Origin: a virus
Lineage: Duplodnaviria; Caudoviricetes
DNA: 43,435 nucleotides
Virus record (IMG/VR): IMGVR_UViG_3300033145_003435
Span: 1-43,435 of that record
Strand: one strand, 5' to 3'
Below are positions 1 to 8,823 of the stretch, in pieces. Position 1 is the first letter of the stretch, and each line of letters opens with the position of its first letter. Below the pieces are notes generated by a model. That model did not search any database. It was not told the DNA's origin and saw only the letters and a list, made by a program, of their open reading frames with translations. The position numbers and the translations under genes are program-made.

Positions 1-318
1 ATGATCAAATTGCCCTCTTGCACCTCTAAATTGTTCAATCTCTATAATTTGCCAGCATTGCAGCTCCCACATATATTTAGAAAAAGTATCTTTGTTAAAA
101 TTCATCTCATAGCAGATCAAGTCCCGGCCAGGAAAAGCAGCATTTTCAGAGCCAGCGAAACTGGCCAGATAAGCATAAAGCGATTTTGCTGTGGCAGAAA
201 CATAAGGATGACGCATAATATTTTGGGAAATTATTCCGTACTTTTGTTTAGAACGGATAAAGTTTCCCGCTTTTTCTTGATATGAAGTGGATCGCTTACT
301 TATATGCTCTTCGCTCAT
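1..318 (-). CDS. HTH (HTH_36-like) replication-initiator-type protein, runs off the window edge
   Basis: Not in ORF track. GGGAGG RBS then ATG at 318; open to position 1: MSEEHISKR...YGIISQNIMRHPYVSATAKSLYAYLASFAGSENAAFPGRDLICYEMNFNKDTFSKYMWEL..., resembling phage replisome-organiser N-termini. Confidence 0.7.
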   Translation of the reverse strand, partial: MSEEHISKRSTSYQEKAGNFIRSKQKYGIISQNIMRHPYVSATAKSLYAYLASFAGSENAAFPGRDLICYEMNFNKDTFSKYMWELQCWQIIEIEQFRGARGQFDH

Positions 319-457
319 AAACTACCTCCCTGGACTAACTTACTTGGTGCATTTGCCATTAAAACTAGTTTCATGCTCTTATTGACCTCTAGCTTGCGTT
401 GAGAGCGGTCATGGACTATAATAAGTAGAATCGTAGTGTACTATAGTACAAGCGGGA

Positions 458-775
458 CTAAGGAAGTCGTGTGGGTCTGCAAACTTTAGCACGATTTCCT
501 TTCGCTATGTATTTATCAGTTTCACTATTTTGCATCCTTAATGAGACGCTATAGTCTTCTCTTTTTGCTGCTACTATGTTTTCCTCTTCCCTGGTTACCC
601 GCCTGGGCAGATGGAATATTTTTTCTGGCTCCTTGTTGTCCTCATACCGGGATATCAGTTTTACTTCATATCCATCTTTGGTTTCAATCTTGTTATTATG
701 AATAATAACTATAAGGTCGTTGTCCTTTTTATTAATAACCATGATTTGTTCAAGCCTCTCGTCACCTATTTCCAT
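458..775 (-). CDS. hypothetical protein
   Basis: 105-aa ORF with GGAGGTG RBS. Confidence 0.6.
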   Translation of the reverse strand: MEIGDERLEQIMVINKKDNDLIVIIHNNKIETKDGYEVKLISRYEDNKEPEKIFHLPRRVTREEENIVAAKREDYSVSLRMQNSETDKYIAKGNRAKVCRPTRLP

Positions 776-837
776 ATACTTCTCACCTCCTATTTTTTAG
801 AATCTTGGGATGATTTCCAATATAGCCGCCCTCCTTT

Positions 838-1050
838 CTATGCTTTGGTATCTTCAACATCAGCAGCTTTACTGGTTATCTTTTTAACCTGGGGTAATAT
901 ACCGGCTTCTATGATACCTGGTAAAATGACCTCGCAAATTGCATCATAATACCTCGGTGCATCCGGAATTTCTCCAACCACTTCTACATGATAGGGAATT
1001 GCCTCTATTGTATTTCCATTGCGCTTAAATTTTTTAGATATCAATAACAT
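838..1050 (-). CDS. hypothetical protein (70 aa)
   Basis: GGAGTG RBS before ATG at 1050; co-oriented downstream of the cro-like gene. Confidence 0.55.
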   Translation of the reverse strand: MLLISKKFKRNGNTIEAIPYHVEVVGEIPDAPRYYDAICEVILPGIIEAGILPQVKKITSKAADVEDTKA

Positions 1051-1160
1051 TCTCTCACTCCCCATCTTTCTATTAATCAAACTTTATTTGCACGATAATC
1101 ACTTGTTTTTTCGGAGATTTTCTCTATTTGAATAGCAGCGCAACTTTCGAACCTCATTTT

Positions 1161-1516
1161 TACTCTATTTTGGCGTACTGACAAACAAAAAAATATCTTG
1201 GAATAATTCCTCTACCGGTTTGTTATAGCATCTTGAAATCTTAGCCATAACGTTTGCGCTTGGGTTTCTTTCCCCTAATTCAAGCTTAGATAAATACCTT
1301 TGATCAATTTGAATCTCTTTTGACACCTCACTTTGAGTTCTATTTCCTCTCGCTAAAATTAGTGCATTTCTTACCATAATTTAACTCACCTCCATATTAA
1401 AAACTCCTTAATGGCGTATTATTATTTATAGCTTATACTCTATAATAGAGTAAGTCAATACTTCTTTTTGGCGTTTTACGCTTTTTAATACCTTTTATTT
1501 ACTCCATTAAGGGGTA
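1161..1516. promoter_or_regulatory. five 17-bp imperfect palindromic operators (consensus TACTC-N7-GVGTA) of the left element's switch
   Basis: 1161 TACTCTATTTTGGCGTA; 1402 AACTCCTTAATGGCGTA; 1436 TACTCTATAATAGAGTA; 1459 TACTTCTTTTTGGCGTT; 1500 TACTCCATTAAGGGGTA. Confidence 0.7.
1165..1377 (-). CDS. Cro-like XRE HTH regulator
   Basis: TQSEVSKEIQIDQRYLSKLELGERNPS HTH; GGAGGTG RBS; divergent from repressor. Confidence 0.85.
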   Translation of the reverse strand: MVRNALILARGNRTQSEVSKEIQIDQRYLSKLELGERNPSANVMAKISRCYNKPVEELFQDIFLFVSTPK

Positions 1517-1536
1517 GAATATACTTAAAAGGGGGG

Positions 1537-1872
1537 ATGCTAATGAAATGCCTATCTTACTTAAGAAAACAAAATAATCTCTCACAATGGGATTTAGCAG
1601 AGAAAATTGGGATTTCTCAGCAGACAATAAGTAAATATGAACGCGGTCTCCTTGAACCAGATTTTGAAACTCTAAATTTCTTAGCTGACTATTTTAATGT
1701 TTCTATCGATTATCTTTTAGGCAGAAACGAAACACAAAACGATGCGGAACAACTTGAGCCTGAGATTCTGTTAATCCAGCGGGCGGCAAAGAAGATGGAC
1801 CCTGCACAAAAAAATAAAATGGTTAAAATTCTTAAAGCTTCTTTTGAGGAATTATTTGAGGATAACAAATAA
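1537..1872 (+). CDS. ImmR-like XRE repressor
   Basis: LSQWDLAEKIGISQQTISKYERG...LADYFNVSIDYLLGR; precedes ImmA-like peptidase. Confidence 0.9.
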   Translation: MLMKCLSYLRKQNNLSQWDLAEKIGISQQTISKYERGLLEPDFETLNFLADYFNVSIDYLLGRNETQNDAEQLEPEILLIQRAAKKMDPAQKNKMVKILKASFEELFEDNK

Positions 1873-1873
1873 T

Positions 1874-2977
1874 TTGATTAAACCCAACTATGACAAGGCA
1901 TTTATTATTGCTTTTAAAGCGATAAAAATGTTCGGTATAAAAGAATTACCTATCAATTTATTAGAAATTATCAAAAAGATTCCAGTACTCAGAATATGTC
2001 CGTATTCAAAGCTATTAAATGATTATAATTGTTCTTTAGATGAGCTAATTGAGTTTCTTGAAAGTGATTTAGGAGCATACGCAATAGATAGGCCAAAACA
2101 TCAATATATGATTTATTATAATGATACAAAGGAAAACGTTGGTTTAGATAGGTTTACGGTCGCACATGAATTGGGCCATCACCTATTAGGACATGAGAAA
2201 TTAATAACTGATAATATTTTGTTAAGAAATGGTTTTTCTATAAAAGAATATAACGCTTTAGAAAAAGAAGCAAATGCGTTTGCAAGAAACCTTTTATCCC
2301 CTGCTCCAATAGTTAAAATTTTAGGTATTGAAAAACCCAAAGAAATAGCAGAAATATTCGGTTTGGGGATTACGGCTTCTAAAGCCAGGATAAGTTTTTT
2401 CCCTTGGGATGAATCAAAGATTACAGATAGTATTCTCGCTTTTTTTTCAGAAACATTCGAAAATACCATAAATGATTTAAAAAATAAAAGAGTGTGTTTA
2501 AATTGCAGTAATGTTCTTCTGGTGCCCAAAACACCTTATTGCCCTATATGTGGAAGTTCCCAACTTATCAGGCAATACCAATTACCAAAAGATTCTTGGG
2601 GGGAAACCAGAATTTACAATAAAAAATATCAGTTAGACGAGAACAGTAGATCTATTATTTGTCCAAGATGCCATAATGACCAGCTACATTACAAGGGTAA
2701 TTTCTGTCCCATTTGCGGTGCGTACTTAGTTAACAAGTGTACTGACCTTGTTCTTAAATATGATAAGTTTGGCAAACCAATTGAGGTTAAAAAAGGGTGT
2801 AACCAACTAGCAGAAGGTAACGCTAGATACTGTATATATTGTGGAAATCCTACTACTTTTAGTGAAAGTGGTTTTTTATCTCCTTGGGGAATAGCTAGAA
2901 AAGCTACAGGAACGTATGGAATACTGGATGTTTCACAAGAAGAAGCAGCTGCTACGCTTGAAAAAAACAACCAATAA
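1874..2977 (+). CDS. ImmA/IrrE-family (M78) metallopeptidase with C-terminal zinc ribbons
   Basis: RFTVAHELGH and EKEANAFARNLL motifs; CLNC, CPIC, CPRC, CPIC, CIYC pairs; start codon uncertain (TTG 1874 or 1844). Confidence 0.85.
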   Translation: MIKPNYDKAFIIAFKAIKMFGIKELPINLLEIIKKIPVLRICPYSKLLNDYNCSLDELIEFLESDLGAYAIDRPKHQYMIYYNDTKENVGLDRFTVAHELGHHLLGHEKLITDNILLRNGFSIKEYNALEKEANAFARNLLSPAPIVKILGIEKPKEIAEIFGLGITASKARISFFPWDESKITDSILAFFSETFENTINDLKNKRVCLNCSNVLLVPKTPYCPICGSSQLIRQYQLPKDSWGETRIYNKKYQLDENSRSIICPRCHNDQLHYKGNFCPICGAYLVNKCTDLVLKYDKFGKPIEVKKGCNQLAEGNARYCIYCGNPTTFSESGFLSPWGIARKATGTYGILDVSQEEAAATLEKNNQ

Positions 2978-3028
2978 AAAAGGCACCACTAATGATGAAA
3001 TATCCATTTAAAACGGAGGATAATCAAT

Positions 3029-4609
3029 TTGACAAAAGCCATTGCATATGCACGCTATTCTAGCGATAATCAAAGGGAAGAAAGCATTACAGCACAACTT
3101 AGGGCTATAAGAGCTTATGCCGAAAAGGAAAGCATTATTATTGTCGAAGAATATACCGATGAAGCCAAATCAGCTACTACCGATAATCGCCCGGCTTTTA
3201 TAAAAATGTTGCAGGACGTTTCTTCAGGAACAGTAGAAGCTGAATTTCTTTTAATTCATAAACTGGATCGGTTCGCTCGGAATCGGTACGATAGTGCGGT
3301 CCACAAGAGAGAATTGGCTATGAAGGGGATTCGAGTCGTATCCATAACAGAACCACTGGATGGCAGTCCGGAAAGCATCATGTTGGAGGCTTTATTAGAA
3401 GCAATGGCAGAATACTATTCTAAAAACTTAGGCCGAGAAGTAATTAAGGGTATGAAAGAAACAGCTTATCAAGCAAAACATACCGGCGGCAAACCTCCCC
3501 TGGGGTATGACGTAGATCCACAAACTAAACAATACATAATAAATGCACAAGAAGCTATAGCAGTAAAATTGATATTCTCCCTGGCTCTCTCAGGCAAGGG
3601 CTACGGTCAGATGATAGAGGCTCTTAATTCTCGTGGATTTCGTACTAAAAGCGGACGTTCCTTTGGAAAAAATTCACTCCATGACATCCTTCGCAATGAA
3701 AAATACTGCGGTACCTATATTTTTAACAAATCGGCAAAATCGCAGTTCGGAAAAAGAAATAGCCATGCTGCTAAACCAAAAGAGGAATGGATTATAATAC
3801 CTGATGCTATGCCAGCAATAGTTACACGGGAAGAGTGGGAGGAGGTTCAACAAATAATGGATGGTAGAAAGCAAACCTCTCCTCGATCCAGAGGAGATAA
3901 TTTGTATATATTAACAGGCAAATTAGTGTGTGGAGAATGCGGCGGCTCGTATGTAGGCTCCAATGCAATTGCCGGAAGGAATAAAACCAGATATTACTTT
4001 TATACTTGCACTACCCGCAAGAGAACCAAAGAATGCAGCAATAAGGATATCCGAAAGGAAATTCTGGAAAATGCTGTTCTGGATCAAATAGAGCAAATGT
4101 TTTTCCCTGAAAAAATTGATATCATCGCCGAAAAGCTTCTGGCTTTCTATAAGCAAAAAAACGAGGATATAATGGGAGAATTTGATTATATTAATAACAG
4201 ACTTAATGATATTAATTCACGTATAACAAAACTTTTAGATAGCATAGAAACCGGTACCATTCCATCCGAAATTGCCGGTCCCCGGTTAACCGAATTGAGT
4301 CAAGAAAAGAAAACATTAGACCGAAGATTTAGAGAAATACAAATCAGAAATGATGCTCCATTGGATATAGACAAAATAAGGACTTACCTGCAAAAGAACA
4401 GGCAAGTCGTAACAGATAGATCAAATTTATTTGCTTGTAAACGTGTAATTGATACCTACGTTGAACGAGTAATAATATATCCTGAAGAAATCGAAATTGT
4501 CTTTAAATTTCTCGATTTCGGATTAGCTGGTGGAGGCGGGGGGAATCGAACCCCTTTTAATTGTGAACCTTTCGGCGTTTGTTCACATTACTGTGTTGTT
4601 ACTGTGTAG
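3029..4609 (+). CDS. large serine recombinase (integrase of left element)
   Basis: YARYSS catalytic motif, KLDRFARN, recombinase domain, CGECG...YTC zinc ribbon, coiled coil. Confidence 0.95.
   Translation: MTKAIAYARYSSDNQREESITAQLRAIRAYAEKESIIIVEEYTDEAKSATTDNRPAFIKMLQDVSSGTVEAEFLLIHKLDRFARNRYDSAVHKRELAMKGIRVVSITEPLDGSPESIMLEALLEAMAEYYSKNLGREVIKGMKETAYQAKHTGGKPPLGYDVDPQTKQYIINAQEAIAVKLIFSLALSGKGYGQMIEALNSRGFRTKSGRSFGKNSLHDILRNEKYCGTYIFNKSAKSQFGKRNSHAAKPKEEWIIIPDAMPAIVTREEWEEVQQIMDGRKQTSPRSRGDNLYILTGKLVCGECGGSYVGSNAIAGRNKTRYYFYTCTTRKRTKECSNKDIRKEILENAVLDQIEQMFFPEKIDIIAEKLLAFYKQKNEDIMGEFDYINNRLNDINSRITKLLDSIETGTIPSEIAGPRLTELSQEKKTLDRRFREIQIRNDAPLDIDKIRTYLQKNRQVVTDRSNLFACKRVIDTYVERVIIYPEEIEIVFKFLDFGLAGGGGGNRTPFNCEPFGVCSHYCVVTV
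4528..4554 (-). other. ssrA: tmRNA (ssrA)-type 3'-end fragment, likely attachment site between the two elements
   Basis: Reverse complement GGGGTTCGATTCCCCCCGCCTCCACCA: T-loop plus Ala-type acceptor end with CCA; no upstream tRNA/tmRNA body. Confidence 0.75.
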
Positions 4610-4649
4610 CGTGTGCATTTACTGCCACCCACCAGATTGGAGTGATAAT

Positions 4650-4877
4650 ATGAAACTAGATATATTTACCCTGTACTACCAGGGCAAACTACTATCAGAA
4701 ATTAGTGAACTCTCAGCAGAGGAATTAAAACAGATATGTAAAACTCACGGCTTAGATCCATCCGGCAGCTATAAGCGTATGGATCAGGCGCAACTGGCTG
4801 ATTTTATTATGTACCGGGTGGACTGTATGATAAATAGGGGGGGAAGTATTTTAGGTAGGATAGTAAATACCCGATAA
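4650..4877 (+). CDS. hypothetical protein (75 aa)
   Basis: GGAGTG RBS then ATG 4650; followed by terminator. Confidence 0.6.
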   Translation: MKLDIFTLYYQGKLLSEISELSAEELKQICKTHGLDPSGSYKRMDQAQLADFIMYRVDCMINRGGSILGRIVNTR

Positions 4878-4919
4878 AAACCTGCAAGATATTCTCAAAG
4901 AGTTTGGATATTTCAAAAA

Positions 4920-4948
4920 GAAGTGCCCAAATAAAAATTGGGCACTTC
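4920..4948. terminator. hairpin between convergent genes, probably bidirectional terminator
   Basis: GAAGTGCCCAA...TTGGGCACTTC, 11-bp perfect stem. Confidence 0.75.
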
Positions 4949-4950
4949 CC

Positions 4951-6117
4951 TCACACTGTTCTTAATTTAATCCTCGATTGACCATCATCGTCATTCATCA
5001 TAAGAGTACCTTGTGGTAAATTACATAGTTTTTCTATTTCATCTACTGGTAGCTGCAGATAATCGCAGATGTCTACTGGAGATACTATATTATTGCTTAT
5101 TAGTAACTCTACTGCTTGATTTAAAAGGCTAGTTTCTTCCGGAACTATATCATCATCTAAAGGCTCTCGTAACCTCATTTTATAATGTGACATTTGCTTG
5201 CGAAGATAGAGTATTTGATTATCAGATAGGATCCCCAAATCTTCGCATCGATATATCATAGCAGCGATAGATACTTGCCATCGTCTTTTCAGAGAAACAA
5301 AATGATCTAATGATGTTCCCATAACCTCATTTCTAAATGTTTCAGCCGGCAATAAAAATGATGAAGCAAAATGATTAGCCTCCTTTTCTAATTCTTTCAG
5401 AACCTTGGAATCACGAAGTTGTTCTTCGGCTACTGTCCCTCCATGTAATAACAAATGCCCTAATTCGTGTACAGCATCGAATCTTGATCTCACTGCCGAT
5501 CCTTTATCTGAGCTTAGATAAATGAATGGCCTACGACCTCTCCATTGCGAGCAAGCATCAGTTTTTTCGCTATTTGTTTGGGCTCTTACGACTATCACAC
5601 CATTCTTCTCCAGTAAAAGTGTGATATTACTGATAGGTCCCAGTCCTAATCCCCAATGTTTTCTTGTTTTTATCGCAACTTTTTCTATCTCGTCAAAGCT
5701 CCAGAAATCGGCTGAATCGTTTTTCTCAAATTCAGGTAGATTAACAGTTGGAAAAGCAACATATATTTCCAAATAATCAATTATATTTTGAAGCCAATTT
5801 GTTCGAACAGTAAGCATATCTCTAGCCGATTGTAATGCACTTTTTAGGCTTCTAAAGTAAATCGTGCTGCAAGGCTTGTTGGGCTTATAATCTTTTGTAA
5901 AAAAAGCAGGCGGAAAATTCAAGAAATCTATAATCTGGGACATTATATTGCCACTCGGGCTACCATGCCCCAATTCATAACGTGAAATAGATTGCCTTGA
6001 AACACCCACTGCATCTGCCAGTTCCTGTATACTTATCCCCCTTGCAAGCCTAGCTTCCCTTAATCTCTCCGGATACGGAGACGCCAAATTACTGTTCGGG
6101 TTCCTCCTTTTTGTCAT
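4951..6117 (-). CDS. XRE-HTH fused to ImmA/IrrE M78 peptidase (RmrA/RlfA-like antitoxin)
   Basis: RLREARLARGISIQELADAVGVSRQSISRYE; RFDAVHELGH; EKEANHFASSFLLP. Confidence 0.85.
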   Translation of the reverse strand: MTKRRNPNSNLASPYPERLREARLARGISIQELADAVGVSRQSISRYELGHGSPSGNIMSQIIDFLNFPPAFFTKDYKPNKPCSTIYFRSLKSALQSARDMLTVRTNWLQNIIDYLEIYVAFPTVNLPEFEKNDSADFWSFDEIEKVAIKTRKHWGLGLGPISNITLLLEKNGVIVVRAQTNSEKTDACSQWRGRRPFIYLSSDKGSAVRSRFDAVHELGHLLLHGGTVAEEQLRDSKVLKELEKEANHFASSFLLPAETFRNEVMGTSLDHFVSLKRRWQVSIAAMIYRCEDLGILSDNQILYLRKQMSHYKMRLREPLDDDIVPEETSLLNQAVELLISNNIVSPVDICDYLQLPVDEIEKLCNLPQGTLMMNDDDGQSRIKLRTV

Positions 6118-6769
6118 TTTTCAACACATCCTCAATAAACTTATTAAATTCAACTAAGCTCCCCTCGCTACGAATAACTTCCGTCGGTATCGGATCTACG
6201 CGGCGTGGTTCTTTCAAGAGATTTATTGGTTCACTAGCCCACCTCCTTTGGTTCGGATCAGGAATTCCTAGAATTGCACTATATAAAAAATGCCCATTGG
6301 ACTTATGGCTTAATATCACATAAATAGGCTTACTTGAGTCATTAAACTCTGGATCATGGTCAAATAATCTACCCTGATCGCTAGGCAAAAGCATTTGCCG
6401 GTAAACTGCAGGTCGCGGTAAAGATTTTTTTGACTCTACCTGGTTAATGGTTGCTCTACAATTATCGGTAATTAATTCAACATGGCTTGCGTTATGGGAC
6501 ACATTGGGCAGTATATTATATTTTACAGGAAGCTGGTTCTCTTCAATAGCTTGCACAATAGCATATTCTGCAGCTATCTTTCGTAATATACCCAGAGCGT
6601 CATTGCCGAGAGCATTCTCTTTTTGGGGCCAGTTTAACCAGGCATTATCATTTTGGCAGGCATTAACTAAACCATATGCTTTCTGTAATGCTGGAACAAA
6701 ATATGACCGTACGGCTATGGGGAACTCTTTCTTGAGAAATGATTGCCCGTTCAATATGTAATCCTCCAA
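6089..6769 (-). CDS. putative toxin partner (RmrT-like)
   Basis: 226-aa ORF overlapping the start of the HTH-peptidase gene; called from gene context only. Confidence 0.5.
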   Translation of the reverse strand: MEDYILNGQSFLKKEFPIAVRSYFVPALQKAYGLVNACQNDNAWLNWPQKENALGNDALGILRKIAAEYAIVQAIEENQLPVKYNILPNVSHNASHVELITDNCRATINQVESKKSLPRPAVYRQMLLPSDQGRLFDHDPEFNDSSKPIYVILSHKSNGHFLYSAILGIPDPNQRRWASEPINLLKEPRRVDPIPTEVIRSEGSLVEFNKFIEDVLKNDKKEEPEQ

Positions 6770-6920
6770 TACCTATATTATTCATCATGCCTATAATTGC
6801 ATTTTACTTGTTACATGCATTTTCTGCAAGTCTTTTTTTATTTCACTTTAATATTCGCCAATATGACGCAATTTAAAAAGAACAAATGGGTTAGAATCCT
6901 TGCATACTCCCAGAAAACCC

Positions 6921-6946
6921 AAAAAGACCGGGCATTACACCCGGTC
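6921..6946 (-). terminator. rho-independent terminator after holin
   Basis: GACCGGG/CCCGGTC stem with T-run on the minus strand. Confidence 0.7.
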
Positions 6947-6988
6947 CGTTAATCAATCTAATATGTTTTATTCAGGCTTTCGCCCCGG

Positions 6989-7375
6989 TCAGCCAGCCTC
7001 CTCGTTATCGGCTTCATCTCCTACCGCATTCGCCCACTCTTCCCCGAATTTATCTTTAATCATTCTCAATATTGACTCAATCAGTCCCTTTACTTCATCG
7101 GGGGTTATCCTCAGTCCATACTCTTTAGTCCTGCCAGATAGCCATTCAGCGGCCTTATCGTACTTATCCTGCCCATGCAAATCTTTATAAGTTTGCTCTA
7201 CAAACTTTACGGCCAGCAGAGCCAGATCCTGTTTAGTTTGTAGTTCTTTTTGTACCTGCTGCATCTTCTCAACGCCCAGCTTCCTACGTATTAGTTCAAC
7301 TGCCAGTGCCATCAGAGCCGGTACCAGGATTGCCAGGACGTCATATGCTATTTTTAATAACAGATCTTCATTCAT
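6989..7375 (-). CDS. phage holin, LL-H-like
   Basis: N-terminal TM; AVKFVEQ...GQDKYDKAAEWL...LIES pattern. Confidence 0.8.
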   Translation of the reverse strand: MNEDLLLKIAYDVLAILVPALMALAVELIRRKLGVEKMQQVQKELQTKQDLALLAVKFVEQTYKDLHGQDKYDKAAEWLSGRTKEYGLRITPDEVKGLIESILRMIKDKFGEEWANAVGDEADNEEAG

Positions 7376-8124
7376 GCTTTATCTCCTCCTTTTATTCTCT
7401 CCTCAATCTCCGTAGCGAGTCTGCTCATCAGCGTAAAGGCTAACCAATTTGGCATAGTCTCGCCCAGTTTGTCTTCCCAGTCTCGTGGATTATTTAACAA
7501 GTCAAGTCCTACACCATCAGAAAGGTTTTTGATTGCATCCATACCTAAGTTCTTCTGCCATTCTGCAAGCTGTACATTTGCCATAGCATTAGCCACCTCC
7601 ATTTTAAATTCATTCCAATCGTAGATGCCTCTCACGAAGCCCCGATGACAGTCCTTCCACCCTACAACGTCGTAGTGCAACCATAAATGTTTAAACGGAT
7701 CAAATCCCCATTCGGTGAATAAGTCAGCAACACGGGTAATCAGGGTACTATATGTTTCCTGCGTCATTCTTCCTTCCCAGTCAATATGACAGCATTCAAT
7801 ACCGTAAAGGTGGTAATTGGGATACCCGCCAAGTTCCTGCAAACACCGATCAGTATATGTTTTGCTGCCAACATGGTAAGCTACTTCGTTTTCAGGGATA
7901 CAAAGAATAACATCACCATTAAGGTCAATGATCTCATGAGCTGATGCATAAACACCGTTCATGTTGTTAAAATAACTCCTGTTATTCATAGCCGAAGTAT
8001 TGGGGTTCCCAACCCAGTGAATAGCGGCTCCTATTAATTCCTGTATTGATTTACCGGAACGGGAATACTTGTTTTTATCAAGCCAGGCTTCTATAATCTT
8101 ATACTTTGCTTTCATAGTCCGCAT
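7372..8124 (-). CDS. endolysin, N-acetylmuramoyl-L-alanine amidase (Amidase_2)
   Basis: IHWVGNP, ASAH, AYHVG, GIECCH, HYDV..KDC motifs. Confidence 0.9.
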   Translation of the reverse strand: MRTMKAKYKIIEAWLDKNKYSRSGKSIQELIGAAIHWVGNPNTSAMNNRSYFNNMNGVYASAHEIIDLNGDVILCIPENEVAYHVGSKTYTDRCLQELGGYPNYHLYGIECCHIDWEGRMTQETYSTLITRVADLFTEWGFDPFKHLWLHYDVVGWKDCHRGFVRGIYDWNEFKMEVANAMANVQLAEWQKNLGMDAIKNLSDGVGLDLLNNPRDWEDKLGETMPNWLAFTLMSRLATEIEERIKGGDKA

Positions 8125-8392
8125 TCGACACCTCCTTATGATGTGCTGCGTCGCTCTGAGTCTGATATTTATCTGCCCACACAGTTACCATCTCCTGCCC
8201 AAAATAGCCACCCAGAATAATAGCTATCAGGTAGGCAATCGATTTGACCAGCTCAAGTGCCTGCGGTTCGGTAATAGCCCGATAGCAGACATAAAAAAAA
8301 CCTGCCGTAAATAAAATCGCCAACAGGTCTTTGAAACTGAATTGTCGCGGCCTACCATAAAAATCGTTCGGTGCCCTGGGCAATTTTGACAT
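8099..8392 (-). CDS. two-TM membrane protein, holin-like
   Basis: Two hydrophobic segments ending ILGGYFG; lysis cluster. Confidence 0.6.
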   Translation of the reverse strand: MSKLPRAPNDFYGRPRQFSFKDLLAILFTAGFFYVCYRAITEPQALELVKSIAYLIAIILGGYFGQEMVTVWADKYQTQSDAAHHKEVSNADYESKV

Positions 8393-8405
8393 GCTCTATC
8401 CCCCC

Positions 8406-8627
8406 CTATCTCGGCAAACTCTGTATATACCAAATAATAAACCCTCCTAAACCTGTCGCATAAGTGATTAAGAGGGCTTTTATCCAGCTTATTAAGTTAT
8501 CCATTTTCTTGCACAGCTCTTCGATAATAACTGTCTGCCTTGCATCGCTGTTTTCCAAGTACCTAATCCGTTTGGCATGGTCATTGAGCCGGTTTTCAGT
8601 TCTTTCCTGCTCATCCAAATATATCAC
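8406..8627 (-). CDS. XhlA-family hemolysin/lysis protein
   Basis: RLNDHAKRIRYLE coiled coil plus C-terminal TM. Confidence 0.8.
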   Translation of the reverse strand: MIYLDEQERTENRLNDHAKRIRYLENSDARQTVIIEELCKKMDNLISWIKALLITYATGLGGFIIWYIQSLPR

Positions 8628-8779
8628 TCCCTCCCGCCAGAAAGCACTGAAACATAATCCAGAACATTTTCGATAGCTTTACGGTGCCCGGCGCTATAAT
8701 CATAAGTACTCTGATTATAGCGATCCAGTGGCTCCTGTAATTTAGTTTTTAGCCAATTTATTAGCTGCTGCAGTTCTAT
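8624..8779 (-). CDS. 51-aa hypothetical protein with probable ATA start
   Basis: AAGGGGG RBS, then ATA-ELQQLINWLKTKLQEPLDRY...GGRE-TGA overlapping the xhlA-like start. Confidence 0.45.
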   Translation of the reverse strand: MELQQLINWLKTKLQEPLDRYNQSTYDYSAGHRKAIENVLDYVSVLSGGRE

Positions 8780-8802
8780 TAGATCGCCCCCTTTTCCCCA
8801 AT

Positions 8803-8823
8803 AAAAAAAGAGCCCTCCGGCTC
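8803..8823 (-). terminator. rho-independent terminator
   Basis: GAGCC/GGCTC stem followed by T7 on the minus strand. Confidence 0.65.

Larger units (their letters stand above)
1..4554. mobile_element. right end of a serine-integrase element (prophage or ICE-like)
   Basis: rep-like gene, cro/immR/immA switch, serine recombinase ending at att. Confidence 0.75.

Noticed and set aside
1-285. + strand 94-aa ORF
   Set aside because: Shadow of the minus-strand HTH gene 1-318, which has an RBS and recognisable motifs
4528-4554. Complete tRNA or tmRNA gene
   Set aside because: Only the T-loop and acceptor 3' strand are present
6863-6873. ATGACGCAATT as another dif-like arm
   Set aside because: Too degenerate and lacks a right arm
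8453-8463. Exact copy of the left arm CTGTCGCATAA
   Set aside because: Inside the xhlA-like CDS, no right arm, next base G rather than T; possibly chance, and a caution on how specific the motif is
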